From positions 64,001-128,000 of the forward strand of contig JAZRKN010000001.1 in assembly GCA_045646345.1 (NCBI GenBank): 64,000 nucleotides of DNA, read 5' to 3'. A program made the position numbers and the translations under genes. Positions within the stretch are counted from its first letter, which is position 1; every line of letters starts with the position of its first letter. The DNA comes from Candidatus Scatovivens sp. (GTDB lineage Bacteria; Bacillota; Clostridia; TANB77; CAG-508). Of this stretch, positions 1 to 9,981 are shown in pieces. The notes beneath the pieces are model-generated. The model saw only the letters and a program-made list of their open reading frames with translations. It ran no database searches and was not told where the DNA came from.

Positions 1-47
1 CTTAATTCATATTTTTTTGATTCTAATGAAATTATCTTGTTATTCAT
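1..47 (-). CDS. 5' fragment of a CDS running off the left edge (MNNKIISLESKKYEL...)
   Basis: ATG at 47-45 preceded by purine-rich AGGGAAG, 22 bp after the recX stop; frame open to the window edge. Confidence 0.45.
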   Translation of the reverse strand, partial: MNNKIISLESKKYEL

Positions 48-69
48 TTCTTCCCTACTTCTTTTTTGT

Positions 70-540
70 TTATTCCAATTCATCAAAAGCTATACTTATA
101 GATTCGCTCATATAACCTTTTTTTAATAAGAATTCTCTTATTTCGTTCTTCTCTAAAGTTCCTTGTTTTTTTAATATAAGAGCCTTTGCAGAAGATATCT
201 CATATTCTAACACACTTTCTTTATTTTGGCAAATGTAATCATCAACCAAATTTTTGCTTATTCCTTTTTGACAAATTTTATAAGCAAGCTCTTTTATTGA
301 CATTTTTTTCAATGCCATATATTCCTTTACTGCTCTTTCTACATAATTGCTGTCATTAATATAATTTAATTCTTTAAAGTATTCTATTGCATCCTCTACC
401 ATATTTTCATCTTCTTCTGAAAATTTTTGTCGAATTTCTTGTTCACTTCTTTTTTTATATACAATATATTTTAACATTTTATTTCTTAATTTCTCTATTC
501 TTTCCGCTTCTTCAAATTTTTCTTTACTCATATATTCCAT
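70..540 (-). CDS. recX: Regulatory protein RecX
   Basis: RSEQEIRQK, YIND..Y, FLLKKGY motifs; directly downstream of recA. Confidence 0.85.
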   Translation of the reverse strand: MEYMSKEKFEEAERIEKLRNKMLKYIVYKKRSEQEIRQKFSEEDENMVEDAIEYFKELNYINDSNYVERAVKEYMALKKMSIKELAYKICQKGISKNLVDDYICQNKESVLEYEISSAKALILKKQGTLEKNEIREFLLKKGYMSESISIAFDELE

Positions 541-604
541 TTCACATACCTCTTTTCATGCAATTTAATCCATATTTAAAAACTATTAATATTCATATAT
601 AAGA

Positions 605-635
605 ATATTAGGTGACATTTAATGCCACCTAATAC
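605..635 (-). terminator. Hairpin between recA and recX
   Basis: tattaggtgacatttaatgccacctaata imperfect inverted repeat. Confidence 0.5.
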
Positions 636-703
636 TGTATTAAGCTATAAAATTTATATATTAGGAAATCATAATAGTTTTTACTATATAGATTAAATAT
701 ATT

Positions 704-1771
704 TTATTCTCCATCTTCTGTTGGTTCAATATCTTGTTCTTCGTCTACTTCACCTTCATCTGTTAGCGCATTTTCAAAAGCTTTATTAAAATTATCTCTA
801 ACTTTTTTCTCTACTTCAGCCATAAATTTAGGATCTTCTGCTAATAATTTCTTAACATTCTCACGTCCTTGTCCTATTTTTTCTCCATTATAACTAAACC
901 ATGAACCCGCTTTTTCAATTATATCCAATGTTACAGCTAAGTCTAGTACACTTCCTTCTTTTGAAATTTCTTTACCATATACTATATCAAATTCAGCCTC
1001 TCTAAATGGAGGTGCAACTTTATTTTTAACAACTTTAACTCTTGTTCTATTTCCAACAACTTCTCCATCTTGTTTTATTGCTTCAACTCTTCTAATGTCC
1101 ATTCTTACAGAAGCGTAATATTTTAATGCTCTACCACCAGCTGTTGTTTCTGGATTTCCAAACATTACTCCAACTTTTTCTCTTAATTGATTTATAAAGA
1201 TTATTGTTGCTTTTGTTTTGTTAATTGTTCCAGCTAATTTTCTTAATGCTTGAGACATTAATCTAGCTTGTAAACCAACATGAGCATCTCCCATATCACC
1301 ATCAATTTCAGCTTTTGGAACTAATGCAGCTACAGAGTCTACTACAACTATATCTATAGCTCCACTTCTAATTAATGCTTCAGCTATTTCTAAAGCTTGT
1401 TCTCCAGTATCTGGTTGAGATACAATTAAATTATCTATATCTACACCTATTTTTTTTGCATAAGCAGGATCCAAAGCATGTTCTGCATCAATAAATGCTG
1501 CTTCTCCACCAGTTTTTTGTGCCTCTGCAACAGCATGTAAAGCAAGCGTTGTTTTACCAGAAGATTCTGGTCCATAAATTTCTATTATTCTTCCTCTTGG
1601 TATACCACCAATACCTAAAGCTATATCTAAATTCAAAGCTCCTGTTGAAATTGCGTCAACACTAGTCTCTTTAAAATCTCCTAATTTCATTACAGAACCT
1701 TTTCCAAATTGTTTTTCTATTTGACTCATTGCAGCATCTAATGCTTTTCTTTTTTCTGAATTGTTTCCCAT
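704..1771 (-). CDS. recA: Recombinase RecA
   Basis: GPESSGKTT Walker [29 protein letters not shown]. Confidence 0.99.
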   Translation of the reverse strand: MGNNSEKRKALDAAMSQIEKQFGKGSVMKLGDFKETSVDAISTGALNLDIALGIGGIPRGRIIEIYGPESSGKTTLALHAVAEAQKTGGEAAFIDAEHALDPAYAKKIGVDIDNLIVSQPDTGEQALEIAEALIRSGAIDIVVVDSVAALVPKAEIDGDMGDAHVGLQARLMSQALRKLAGTINKTKATIIFINQLREKVGVMFGNPETTAGGRALKYYASVRMDIRRVEAIKQDGEVVGNRTRVKVVKNKVAPPFREAEFDIVYGKEISKEGSVLDLAVTLDIIEKAGSWFSYNGEKIGQGRENVKKLLAEDPKFMAEVEKKVRDNFNKAFENALTDEGEVDEEQDIEPTEDGE

Positions 1772-1784
1772 TTATTTTTCCTCC

Positions 1785-1845
1785 TAACAAATGTTTGTTT
1801 GTAAAACTTATGTTCTTATTATATCTTTAATTTTTCTTTTGTCAA
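1785..1845 (-). promoter_or_regulatory. recA sigma-A promoter with two LexA/SOS-like boxes
   Basis: TTGACA (1845-1840), 16 bp, TATAAT (1823-1818); AAAC-N4-GTTC at 1804-1815 and TAAC-N4-GTTT at 1785-1796 resemble the Firmicutes GAAC-N4-GTTC box. Confidence 0.7.
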
Positions 1846-1929
1846 TACTTTTTTCAAAAAAATTATAACTTTATTTTTTCGCTTTTTATAAAGCAATTAC
1901 CGTTCTAGCAACAAACGTTTTTTCGCCTT

Positions 1930-3519
1930 TTATTGTCTATACCATTTTTCTATATTATGGTAAATATTAAATGCATTTGCTGTTATATTTCCTACCAATC
2001 CTTGATTAGTTACAATAATATCTGTTTCTCTATATAATCCAATATACGGAGCTTCTTCTAAATAAATTTCAAACAATCTATTGTATTTTTCATGTAATAT
2101 ATGTTCGTCACTTGTATTTGAAATTGCATTCATAATTTCAGCAACCTCTCCATTGTAATAATTAGCAATATTTCCTTCACCGAAGAAAGTCGTTACACTT
2201 GGAGAATATGAATTTTGAATTCCAGTTATTATAACATCATAACTTCTTTTATTTATTGCATTCGCATAATTTTCAGCAGATAAATAATTTATCGTTACAG
2301 GAACTCCAAAACTTGCAAACTGAGCTTTTAAATTTTCTGCAACAGAAACTCTTTGTTTATTATTAGCATTTATAGTTAATGAAAATTCAATTTTTTTTGT
2401 ACCATTTTCCGTTCTTTTTATCCAATTGGTACTAGTTCTTTCCCAACCATTATTATATAGAATTTGAGCTGCTAATTCTGTATCAATTTGAGTATTTAAA
2501 TCTTTTGTATATAACCAAGACCCCATGTCCAAATTAAAATTCGATGGAACATGTCCTGGTCCCAAACATGTTGCAATAATATTATTTTTATCGATAGCTA
2601 AACTTAAAGCTTTCCTTACTGCGGGTTCTGCTAACAAATCATTTGCCGTATTAAACGCTATAAAATCATAATTTCTTGTTTTGTATTCAGTCTTATTGTA
2701 TCCTAGTGTTCCAATATATGTTTCTATATCTGTTATTTTTACAGTTAATAAATCTATTTCTCCATTTTTGAAAGCAGCATATGCTTCTCCAGTACTTCCA
2801 AATAATTTTATATTTATCTTTGTTGCCATTGGTTTTCTTGAAACATCCCAATACAATTCATTTGGTACAAGATTTATTACATTTGAACTAAATTCATCAA
2901 TTCTAAACATTCCTGTCCCTATTGGTATTTTTTCACTTGTTGGAAAATCTTCTTCCATATAATAATTTTGACACATAATTGGAAATGTTAAATTATATTC
3001 AAAAAATGATACTGGTTCATCTAAAACTATTTTTATAGTATTACTATCAATCACTTCCGTTGCAGCAATATGTTTTACATTTTCAAAATATATCGGACTA
3101 AATCCACCATGTCTGATTAAGTTAATTGTATATTCTACATCTGAAGCAGTAAAATTGGTTCTGTCTTCCCATAAAACACCTTTTCTTAGTTTGATTATAT
3201 ATGTAGTTTCTTCTGTTTTTGCAATTTCTTCTGCTAAACAATATTTTAATTTATAATTACCATCTAAAGTTACAAGCGGATCATAAATTAGTTTTGTCAA
3301 TTCCATTACATTTCTATTTCTAGTAAGCAAAGGGTTAAATGTATCCATTCCTGAAATTGCAAATCTTAATTCTGTTTGAATATTACTTAGTGTAGAAGTT
3401 TGATCCAAATTGTACTCTGCCGAATCATCCTTATTTTGTATTATTATATACACCGTATAGCAAACTAAAAAAATAACAACAACTGCAAAAATATACTTAA
3501 AAAAATTATTATTATTCAT
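1930..3519 (-). CDS. ABC transporter substrate-binding protein, family 5 (peptide/nickel type), N-terminal TM anchor
   Basis: TFNPLL, LIYDPLV, LRKGVLWED..FTASDV.YT, PIGTG.F, VRKALSLAID. Confidence 0.85.
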   Translation of the reverse strand: MNNNNFFKYIFAVVVIFLVCYTVYIIIQNKDDSAEYNLDQTSTLSNIQTELRFAISGMDTFNPLLTRNRNVMELTKLIYDPLVTLDGNYKLKYCLAEEIAKTEETTYIIKLRKGVLWEDRTNFTASDVEYTINLIRHGGFSPIYFENVKHIAATEVIDSNTIKIVLDEPVSFFEYNLTFPIMCQNYYMEEDFPTSEKIPIGTGMFRIDEFSSNVINLVPNELYWDVSRKPMATKINIKLFGSTGEAYAAFKNGEIDLLTVKITDIETYIGTLGYNKTEYKTRNYDFIAFNTANDLLAEPAVRKALSLAIDKNNIIATCLGPGHVPSNFNLDMGSWLYTKDLNTQIDTELAAQILYNNGWERTSTNWIKRTENGTKKIEFSLTINANNKQRVSVAENLKAQFASFGVPVTINYLSAENYANAINKRSYDVIITGIQNSYSPSVTTFFGEGNIANYYNGEVAEIMNAISNTSDEHILHEKYNRLFEIYLEEAPYIGLYRETDIIVTNQGLVGNITANAFNIYHNIEKWYRQ

Positions 3520-3577
3520 ACTTTATTACCTTTCTCTTTTCACAATAATATATTATTTTTTTCACATTTTCAATATA

Positions 3578-3624
3578 AAAAAACTAATTCTTATAACTTT
3601 ATTAAAGCTATAAGAATTAGTTAT
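3578..3624 (-). terminator. Terminator after spoVS
   Basis: aactaattcttata...tataagaattagtt inverted repeat next to an A-run (U-tract on minus strand). Confidence 0.6.
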
Positions 3625-3646
3625 ACTAAATCTATTTTATTTATAA

Positions 3647-3910
3647 TTATTTTCTTGATTCTATAATTAGTTTTATACCTGTTCTATCTTCTCCTTCTAC
3701 TTGAACTTCTGCAAACGCTGGTATACAAACCAAATCCACACCGGCTGGCGCAACAAATCCTCGCGCTATCGCAACTGCTTTTATTGCTTGATTCAAAGCT
3801 CCTGCTCCTATTGCTTGCATCTCTGCTCTTGTAGATTCTTTTACCAAACCAGCTATTGCTCCTGCAACTGAATTTGGGTTTGATTTTGATGAAATTTTTA
3901 AAACTTCCAT
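3647..3910 (-). CDS. spoVS: Stage V sporulation protein S
   Basis: MEVLKISSKSNPNSVAGAIAG, QAIGAGALNQAIKAVAIARGF. Confidence 0.97.
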   Translation of the reverse strand: MEVLKISSKSNPNSVAGAIAGLVKESTRAEMQAIGAGALNQAIKAVAIARGFVAPAGVDLVCIPAFAEVQVEGEDRTGIKLIIESRK

Positions 3911-4076
3911 TTTTCTTCCTCCTATTATTTTTATTTTATCTTGTGTTTCGATAAATAAATTTTACACCTCAAAAGCTTGTCTAGTCTAGCAAATCTCATC
4001 TTCAAAGTTCTATCATTTTCTTATTTTTTTGACATTTTATTTAAAATTTTCTGTATTTTTTTGAGCAAAAAATACA

Positions 4077-4108
4077 CTTCTAGTCGAAATCTAAAATTCC
4101 TTGTCGAT
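4077..4108 (-). promoter_or_regulatory. Putative sigma-H promoter of spoVS with Spo0A-like boxes
   Basis: Minus strand AAGGAATTT-N11-TAGAAG resembles the sigH consensus; AGTCGAA and TGTCGAT resemble the 0A box TGNCGAA; spoVS is sigH-dependent in Bacillus. Confidence 0.45.
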
Positions 4109-4251
4109 ATTTACATGTTTTTTATTTTAAAATGTAATAGTAATGTAATCATTTTAATATTTTAATAAATAATATTTAGTGATATAATTGCATCATAATA
4201 CTATAGAGGAGAAGTAGGCAAACGTCCAGTAATTTGCTGAAATATTGTACA

Positions 4252-4617
4252 ATGAAAAGAAAAAATAATCGTCGCGCACGCATCCGTCTTAACATCAATC
4301 GCATTCTTGGAATCTTCGTTCTGATCGCATTCGTTGCTCTTTTTGTAAATCTTGCATCTCCTGAGGTGCAGGCAGCAGACCACATGGAAAATTCCACTGG
4401 TTACATTCGCTACGAGTACGTTAATATGCGTTCTAAACCTACCACAACTTCTAACATCGTTGACGTCATTTACGAAAGTTCTACTGTTACCTTCACCGGA
4501 AACTATATTGAGTACTTTTTAGATGATGTTCACCCTGTTTGGGTTGAGGTAGAATACGATGGACACACTGGGTGGATTGTTGTTGAATCTGTCAGCGGAT
4601 TTAGCATGCGAGGCTAA
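4252..4617 (+). CDS. Secreted or membrane-anchored bacterial SH3 (SH3b) domain protein
   Basis: Basic N-terminus plus hydrophobic signal; VNMRSKPTTTSNIV...WVEVEYDGHTGWI; start placed at ATG 4252. Confidence 0.75.
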   Translation: MKRKNNRRARIRLNINRILGIFVLIAFVALFVNLASPEVQAADHMENSTGYIRYEYVNMRSKPTTTSNIVDVIYESSTVTFTGNYIEYFLDDVHPVWVEVEYDGHTGWIVVESVSGFSMRG

Positions 4618-4625
4618 GCCCAAAG

Positions 4626-4666
4626 AAAAAACGAGAATGGAAAGCTAATTCCTATCTCGTTTTTTT
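4626..4666. terminator. Bidirectional terminator between SH3 gene and ymdB
   Basis: aaaaaacgaga-atggaa...ttccta-tctcgttttttt. Confidence 0.7.
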
Positions 4667-4679
4667 ATTTAAATAAAAT

Positions 4680-5450
4680 TTATTTATTTATTCTTTCTAT
4701 CTTAATAACTTTATTTGTTTTATCATCTATTTCAAATAAGCAACTATTAAATTTTCCTTTACCCTCTGCTGTTTTATATTTTTCTGGAAGAGATGTTTCA
4801 AATCTTTTTATTGAAGCTCCAATGTCCATTCCTATTACTGATTTTGAAGGACCTGTCATTCCTATATCTGTTATATAACCAGTTCCTTTTTCTAAAATCG
4901 TTTCATCTGCTGTTTGAACATGAGTATGTGTTCCAAATAAAACAGTTATTTCTCCATCTAAATAGTAACTCAAAGCAATTTTTTCTGCAGTTGCTTCAGC
5001 ATGAAAATCTATAACAATTATATCAGCTTCTTTTTTTACCTTTTCTACAATCTCTTTTGCTATTGTAAATGGATTATCTGAAAGAACAGACATTGATGTT
5101 CTTCCTATTAGATTTATTACTGCTATTTTTTTGCCTCTACATGTATAAATATCATACCCACGTCCAGGATTATTTTTTGAATAATTTGCTGGTCTAATTA
5201 TTTGTTTATCATTTATAAAATTAAATATTTCTTTTTTCCCCCAAGTATGGTTCCCCATTGTAACAACATTAACATTTAATGCTAATATATCTCTATACAT
5301 TTTTTCTGTGATTCCCATACCATCAGCTGCATTCTCACCATTTACTATTATAAAATCTATTTCATTTTCTTTAATTACATTTGGCAATACTTCTTTTAAT
5401 TTTTGAAGACCTGTTTTTCCAACAATATCTCCTACCGCTAAAATTTTCAT
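4680..5450 (-). CDS. ymdB: YmdB-family metallophosphoesterase (TIGR00282 type)
   Basis: GDIVG, NGENAA, TMGNHTW, DFHAEATAEK, GTHTHVQTAD; RBS AAGGAG before ATG 5450. Confidence 0.93.
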   Translation of the reverse strand: MKILAVGDIVGKTGLQKLKEVLPNVIKENEIDFIIVNGENAADGMGITEKMYRDILALNVNVVTMGNHTWGKKEIFNFINDKQIIRPANYSKNNPGRGYDIYTCRGKKIAVINLIGRTSMSVLSDNPFTIAKEIVEKVKKEADIIVIDFHAEATAEKIALSYYLDGEITVLFGTHTHVQTADETILEKGTGYITDIGMTGPSKSVIGMDIGASIKRFETSLPEKYKTAEGKGKFNSCLFEIDDKTNKVIKIERINK

Positions 5451-5521
5451 TAACATTCTCCTTAATCTTTTTTCATCATTTATAATTTTACCATAATATA
5501 TAGTTTTTATCAAGAACAAAT

Positions 5522-5551
5522 AAAAAGGAGGCCGGACATTGTCCGACCCCC
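5522..5551 (-). terminator. Intrinsic terminator
   Basis: Minus strand gggggtcggac-aat-gtccggcctcc-ttttt. Confidence 0.8.
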
Positions 5552-5556
5552 GCTTT

Positions 5557-7317
5557 TTATGAGAGATGTTCTTTAAAGCTGATATCAATTACAATATTGA
5601 TTCCTTCTTCGCTTTCAGATTCATAGAATTCAACATTTACTTTTGCACCAGCTTTAAGCTTCATCGGCTGCATACTACTATTCTCAATAGAAGAAATAAA
5701 GATTTCGTTCTCTTTTCCTTCAAAAGTGAAGTAGTAATATGTGTAGCCTTCAATTTGTGCCTCTTCAACTTCAGCAATTACACCATATTGGTATTTCGTT
5801 TCCTTGGATTCTTCCTCTTCTTCAATTTCGTTCTCTACACCCATTGTTTCTTTATAGAGCTTGAGTGCATCTTCAAGATTTTCTGCCTGAACACATCTTG
5901 CGTAGTTTGCTACGTTACAGAATGCGTATCTTTTAATCAAACCACCTGCGTCTTTAAGTACCATGAAATATGTTTCAATTCCATCTACATTTACGACAGT
6001 TGGGAAAGATGCAGAATATCTGAGGTCAGAAACCAAACCTTCTGCAGCCATCTGTGCAGAAGCTTCTTCAGCACCAGTAGCTTCATAGTAAGTAAACTTG
6101 TGGTTTACCGGATCAATAAGCAAAAATCCAATGTTAGTTTCAGCATTGTTTGCAGGAGTAAGGCCAGTATAGAACATAACCTTATTATCCTCAGTCACAA
6201 TACTGTTGTATCCTTCAAAAGGAGTATGCTTATTTGCTTCTTTGTCGCTCTTAGTATCATCAGAACTTGCAGACTGTTCTTGGTCTTTGTAATAATAAGA
6301 AGTCTTATAAACTCCAGTCTTGGAAGTGACAGCATTCCACCAACCATCCCAAAGACTATAATGCCAGTCAACAAGATTCATCAAATAGCTTACAGAGTTC
6401 ACGTGATCAATCCAGCTAGGGATCTTATCCATTGCATATTCATCAGTATGTCCTGTTACAGCATTCGTAACAAGCACAGAAGTTGTCATTAAACCACCTC
6501 TCATACCAATCTGAGGAGTCTTAACTGCGGTAATCCAGAAAGGAGTTCCTTCGTCGTCGACTTCAAAGAAATGCTTACCAAAGATATAGCTAGGATACTG
6601 GCCTCTAAGATGACGATCAAGATCATAACCGAAACATGCGGAAGGAGAATACTTCATATTTTCTTCCAATTCCACAAACTGAGCTTCTTTTTTAGGATCT
6701 TTAGCATCTACCAAAATATAGCCGGGAATACCAGTGTCATCAGCTTTAAAATATTTAAAGAGACCACCATAATTAATCGGGCTAATACGGTATTTTGTGC
6801 CATTGATTACTACCAGATTATATTCCGAATCAATTTCATACCAATAGGAATTCGGAATCTTAGCAGCTACTCGCTGGCCAGTCTGACGCGCAGTTCTTAC
6901 ATCCACAACAACGAGTTCTTCCAAATTGATTTTCGCAATATCTTCATCGAAATTTCCGTTTTCAATTGTAATCAAATTGCTGTGTTCTTTAGGTTGTACC
7001 ATTGTACCACCAATAATAGCAGTAACAATAAACACAAGCAATAAGACTCCTGTTGCAGAAATAATCACGATAGTTGGAATATGTCCTTCACCATACGTTC
7101 CCTCACGCTCATTGACAATTGCATTAGCAATCAGAAACGCGACGGTAGCAATGACTCCCATAACAATACAGAACCACCAAAAACCACTGGATGCAAAACT
7201 AATTGCAGGAAGCGCAAAGTAGTTAATTGCCAAACCAAGCAGAATAGTTACACCAAGTGCAACTGCTCCAGCAATTAACCGAGACGCCAACGTGTTATTG
7301 CCTTTTTCTTTTCTCAT
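5557..7317 (-). CDS. Conserved hypothetical membrane protein (3 N-terminal TMs, large extracytoplasmic domain)
   Basis: Hydrophobic N-terminus; MKYSPS..F..DL.RHLR, FEVDDEG.P.W, GAEEASAQ.AAEG, LKDAGGLIK motifs of a widespread Firmicutes family; RBS GAGGA before ATG 7317. Confidence 0.75.
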   Translation of the reverse strand: MRKEKGNNTLASRLIAGAVALGVTILLGLAINYFALPAISFASSGFWWFCIVMGVIATVAFLIANAIVNEREGTYGEGHIPTIVIISATGVLLLVFIVTAIIGGTMVQPKEHSNLITIENGNFDEDIAKINLEELVVVDVRTARQTGQRVAAKIPNSYWYEIDSEYNLVVINGTKYRISPINYGGLFKYFKADDTGIPGYILVDAKDPKKEAQFVELEENMKYSPSACFGYDLDRHLRGQYPSYIFGKHFFEVDDEGTPFWITAVKTPQIGMRGGLMTTSVLVTNAVTGHTDEYAMDKIPSWIDHVNSVSYLMNLVDWHYSLWDGWWNAVTSKTGVYKTSYYYKDQEQSASSDDTKSDKEANKHTPFEGYNSIVTEDNKVMFYTGLTPANNAETNIGFLLIDPVNHKFTYYEATGAEEASAQMAAEGLVSDLRYSASFPTVVNVDGIETYFMVLKDAGGLIKRYAFCNVANYARCVQAENLEDALKLYKETMGVENEIEEEEESKETKYQYGVIAEVEEAQIEGYTYYYFTFEGKENEIFISSIENSSMQPMKLKAGAKVNVEFYESESEEGINIVIDISFKEHLS

Positions 7318-7541
7318 AAATGTCCTCACTTTCTGGGCAATTGCCCATTCAAAATTTTTCATTTTGCTGTCATTATTATTATATCATATTTTATGTAAAT
7401 TAACAAATATTTAAAAAAGCATACTTTTGACAAATTATGTCAAAAATACGCTTTTATTGATACTTTCTATTCTTCTTTTATCTTTTATTAGCTCTTTTTT
7501 TCTATCTTTTTCTCGCTTACGCTAACTTTGACTTTTTTAGT

Positions 7542-8222
7542 TTATTCACAGTTAGCCATTGTTTTTCCTTCTCCACAAAGACCTTCGAAATCTTTAGTAA
7601 ATACATCAACAGCTGATGAAATATTTGGATTATTTATAAATCCATCTATTATATCAGGAGCAACAGTTGATGCACCAACTCCATACTCGCAAAGTTCTAA
7701 AACTTGTAATGAGTTTTTAAAGCTTGCTGCCAAGATTTGTGTTTTTAGACCGTTGTTTTCAAAAATATCATGTATCTTTCTAGTTACTTCTATTCCATTT
7801 GTTCCTAAATTATCAATTCTATTTACATATGGAGCAGCATAATCAGCTCCAGCTTTTGCAGCCAAATACGCTTGTATTGGGGTATAAATTGCAGTAGCTG
7901 TAATTTTATATCCTTCTTTAGATAATATTTTCATCGCTTTAAGACCTTCTGGAACTGTAGGAATTTTTATAAAAGTATTTTTTCCTAAAGTATCTACAAT
8001 TTTATGACCTTCTTTAATCATTTCTTCTGCTGTTTTTGAAACAACTTGCACATGAAGTTCGGCTTCATTTCCAATAAATTCTCTAATTTCTTTTAATGTT
8101 TCATATGGATTTTTTCCATTTTTAGCTAATATAGATGGATTTGTCGTAACTCCATCTACAGCATAATATTCATAAATCTTTCTAATTTTTTCTATATTTG
8201 CATCATCTATAAGTAATTTCAT
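7542..8222 (-). CDS. fsa: Fructose-6-phosphate aldolase / small transaldolase
   Basis: DGVTTNPSIL, IKIP.VPEGL, APYVNRID, ILAASFK. Confidence 0.9.
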   Translation of the reverse strand: MKLLIDDANIEKIRKIYEYYAVDGVTTNPSILAKNGKNPYETLKEIREFIGNEAELHVQVVSKTAEEMIKEGHKIVDTLGKNTFIKIPTVPEGLKAMKILSKEGYKITATAIYTPIQAYLAAKAGADYAAPYVNRIDNLGTNGIEVTRKIHDIFENNGLKTQILAASFKNSLQVLELCEYGVGASTVAPDIIDGFINNPNISSAVDVFTKDFEGLCGEGKTMANCE

Positions 8223-8249
8223 TTTGTCTTCCCCCTAAAATCTTTTGTT

Positions 8250-9785
8250 TTATTCCCACTCTATTGTTGCTGGTGGCTTTCCTGTAATATCATAAACAAC
8301 TCTATTTACGTGTTTTACTTCATTTACAATTCTGCTTGAAACTTTTTCTAAAATTTCAAATGGAATCTTACTCCAACTTGCAGTCATAAAATCAGATGTT
8401 GTAACAGCTCTTAAAGCAACAGTATAGTCGTATGTTCTTTCATCTCCCATTACACCAACACTTTTTAAATTTGTAAGTACTGCAAAATATTGATTAATTT
8501 CTTTATCTAATCCATAATTTGCAATTTCTTCTCTGAATATAAAATCAGCATCTCTTAGAATATCTAATTTATCTTTAGTTATATCTCCAATTACCCTTAT
8601 TGCCAATCCTGGTCCTGGGAATGGTTGACGATATACTAAATATTCTGGAAGCCCTAGTTCTAATCCAACTTTTCTAACTTCATCTTTAAATAAATCTCTT
8701 AAAGGTTCTATTATCTCTTTAAAATCAACATAGTCTGGTAAACCACCTACGTTATGATGACTTTTGATTGTTGATTTAGTTCCAGCTCCACTTTCAACTA
8801 CATCAGGATAAATTGTTCCTTGTACCAAGTAATCAACAGCACCAATTTTCTTTGCTTCTTCTTCAAATACTCTTATAAATTCTTCACCAATAATTTTTCT
8901 TTTTCTTTCTGGTTCTGTAACTCCAGCAAGTTTTCCTAAAAATCTTTCTGACGCATCTACTCTTATGAAGTTAACGTCTTCTCTATTTCCAAAAACAGCC
9001 ACAACTTCATCTGATTCATTTTTTCTTAATAGTCCATGATCTACAAATATACATGTTAAATTTTTCCCTATTGCTTTACTCATCAAAGCTGCTGCTACAG
9101 AAGAATCTACACCTCCTGATAATGCACATAAAGCTTTTTTATCTCCTACTTTTTCTTTAATAGCATTTATTGTAGCTTCTGCAAATGAATCCATTTTCCA
9201 GTCACCAGAACAACCACATACATTATAAACAAAATTTCTAATAACCATAGTTCCATTTTCTGAATGATTTACTTCAGGATGAAATTGAATTCCATAAAAA
9301 TTCTTTTCTGTATTTTGCATAGCTGCATTTGGACAATGAGCCGTTTTTCCTATATTTTCAAATCCATCTGGAAGTTTAGTAACAAAATCAGTATGACTCA
9401 TTAGAAAATTATTTACATTTCCAAAACCTTCAAATATTTTTGAAGTATTATTTATATCAACTTCAGTTACACCATATTCTCTTTTATCTGCTCTTTGAAC
9501 TTCTCCTCCTAAAACGTGAGTCATAAGTTGCATTCCATAGCAAATACCAAGAACTGGTATTCCTAAATTAAAAATTTCTTTATCACACATTGGGGCATTT
9601 TCTGCATATACATTATCCGGCCCACCTGTAAAAATAATACCTTTTGGATTTTTCTCTTTTATTTTTTCTACAGAGATATCAAAAGGTACGATTTCAGAGT
9701 AAACATTGCATTCTCTTACTCTTCTTGCAATTAATTGATTAAATTGACCATGAAAGTCTAAAATTAAAATTAGTTCTTTTTCCAT
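8250..9785 (-). CDS. guaA: GMP synthase (glutamine-hydrolysing)
   Basis: [40 protein letters not shown]. Confidence 0.99.
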   Translation of the reverse strand: MEKELILILDFHGQFNQLIARRVRECNVYSEIVPFDISVEKIKEKNPKGIIFTGGPDNVYAENAPMCDKEIFNLGIPVLGICYGMQLMTHVLGGEVQRADKREYGVTEVDINNTSKIFEGFGNVNNFLMSHTDFVTKLPDGFENIGKTAHCPNAAMQNTEKNFYGIQFHPEVNHSENGTMVIRNFVYNVCGCSGDWKMDSFAEATINAIKEKVGDKKALCALSGGVDSSVAAALMSKAIGKNLTCIFVDHGLLRKNESDEVVAVFGNREDVNFIRVDASERFLGKLAGVTEPERKRKIIGEEFIRVFEEEAKKIGAVDYLVQGTIYPDVVESGAGTKSTIKSHHNVGGLPDYVDFKEIIEPLRDLFKDEVRKVGLELGLPEYLVYRQPFPGPGLAIRVIGDITKDKLDILRDADFIFREEIANYGLDKEINQYFAVLTNLKSVGVMGDERTYDYTVALRAVTTSDFMTASWSKIPFEILEKVSSRIVNEVKHVNRVVYDITGKPPATIEWE

Positions 9786-9930
9786 TTTTTATTTCCTTTC
9801 AATTTTTTAGTGTCTCTAATCTTTATGTTCCCCTATTTAAATATGATAACAAGAATCTACAAAAAAATCAATACACTAAAACTACAAATAAGTATTTTAT
9901 ACAATATTAATATTATTTTATATAAACAAA

Positions 9931-9960
9931 TAGCGGAATTGGATGAATCCAATCCCGCCA
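9931..9960 (-). terminator. Intrinsic terminator after GH13 gene
   Basis: Minus strand tggcgggattggat-tc-atccaattccgcta-tttgttt. Confidence 0.75.
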
Positions 9961-9981
9961 TGTGTAATTCATTGATAGTTA

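Noticed and set aside
4176-4397. Minus-strand ORFs overlapping the SH3 gene
   Set aside because: Antisense shadows of the plus-strand gene, which has a signal peptide and SH3b motifs
5451-5588. N-terminal extension of the ymdB ORF
   Set aside because: Runs through the upstream terminator and promoter region; the RBS and family start indicate ATG 5450
5566-7044. Long antisense ORFs (308 aa and 157 aa)
   Set aside because: In register with the real minus-strand gene; Phe/Ile/Ser-rich shadow translations explained by codon avoidance
9786-9930. Possible purine riboswitch upstream of guaA
   Set aside because: No aptamer core visible; a promoter-like TTGATT-17-TATCAT leaves only a short leader
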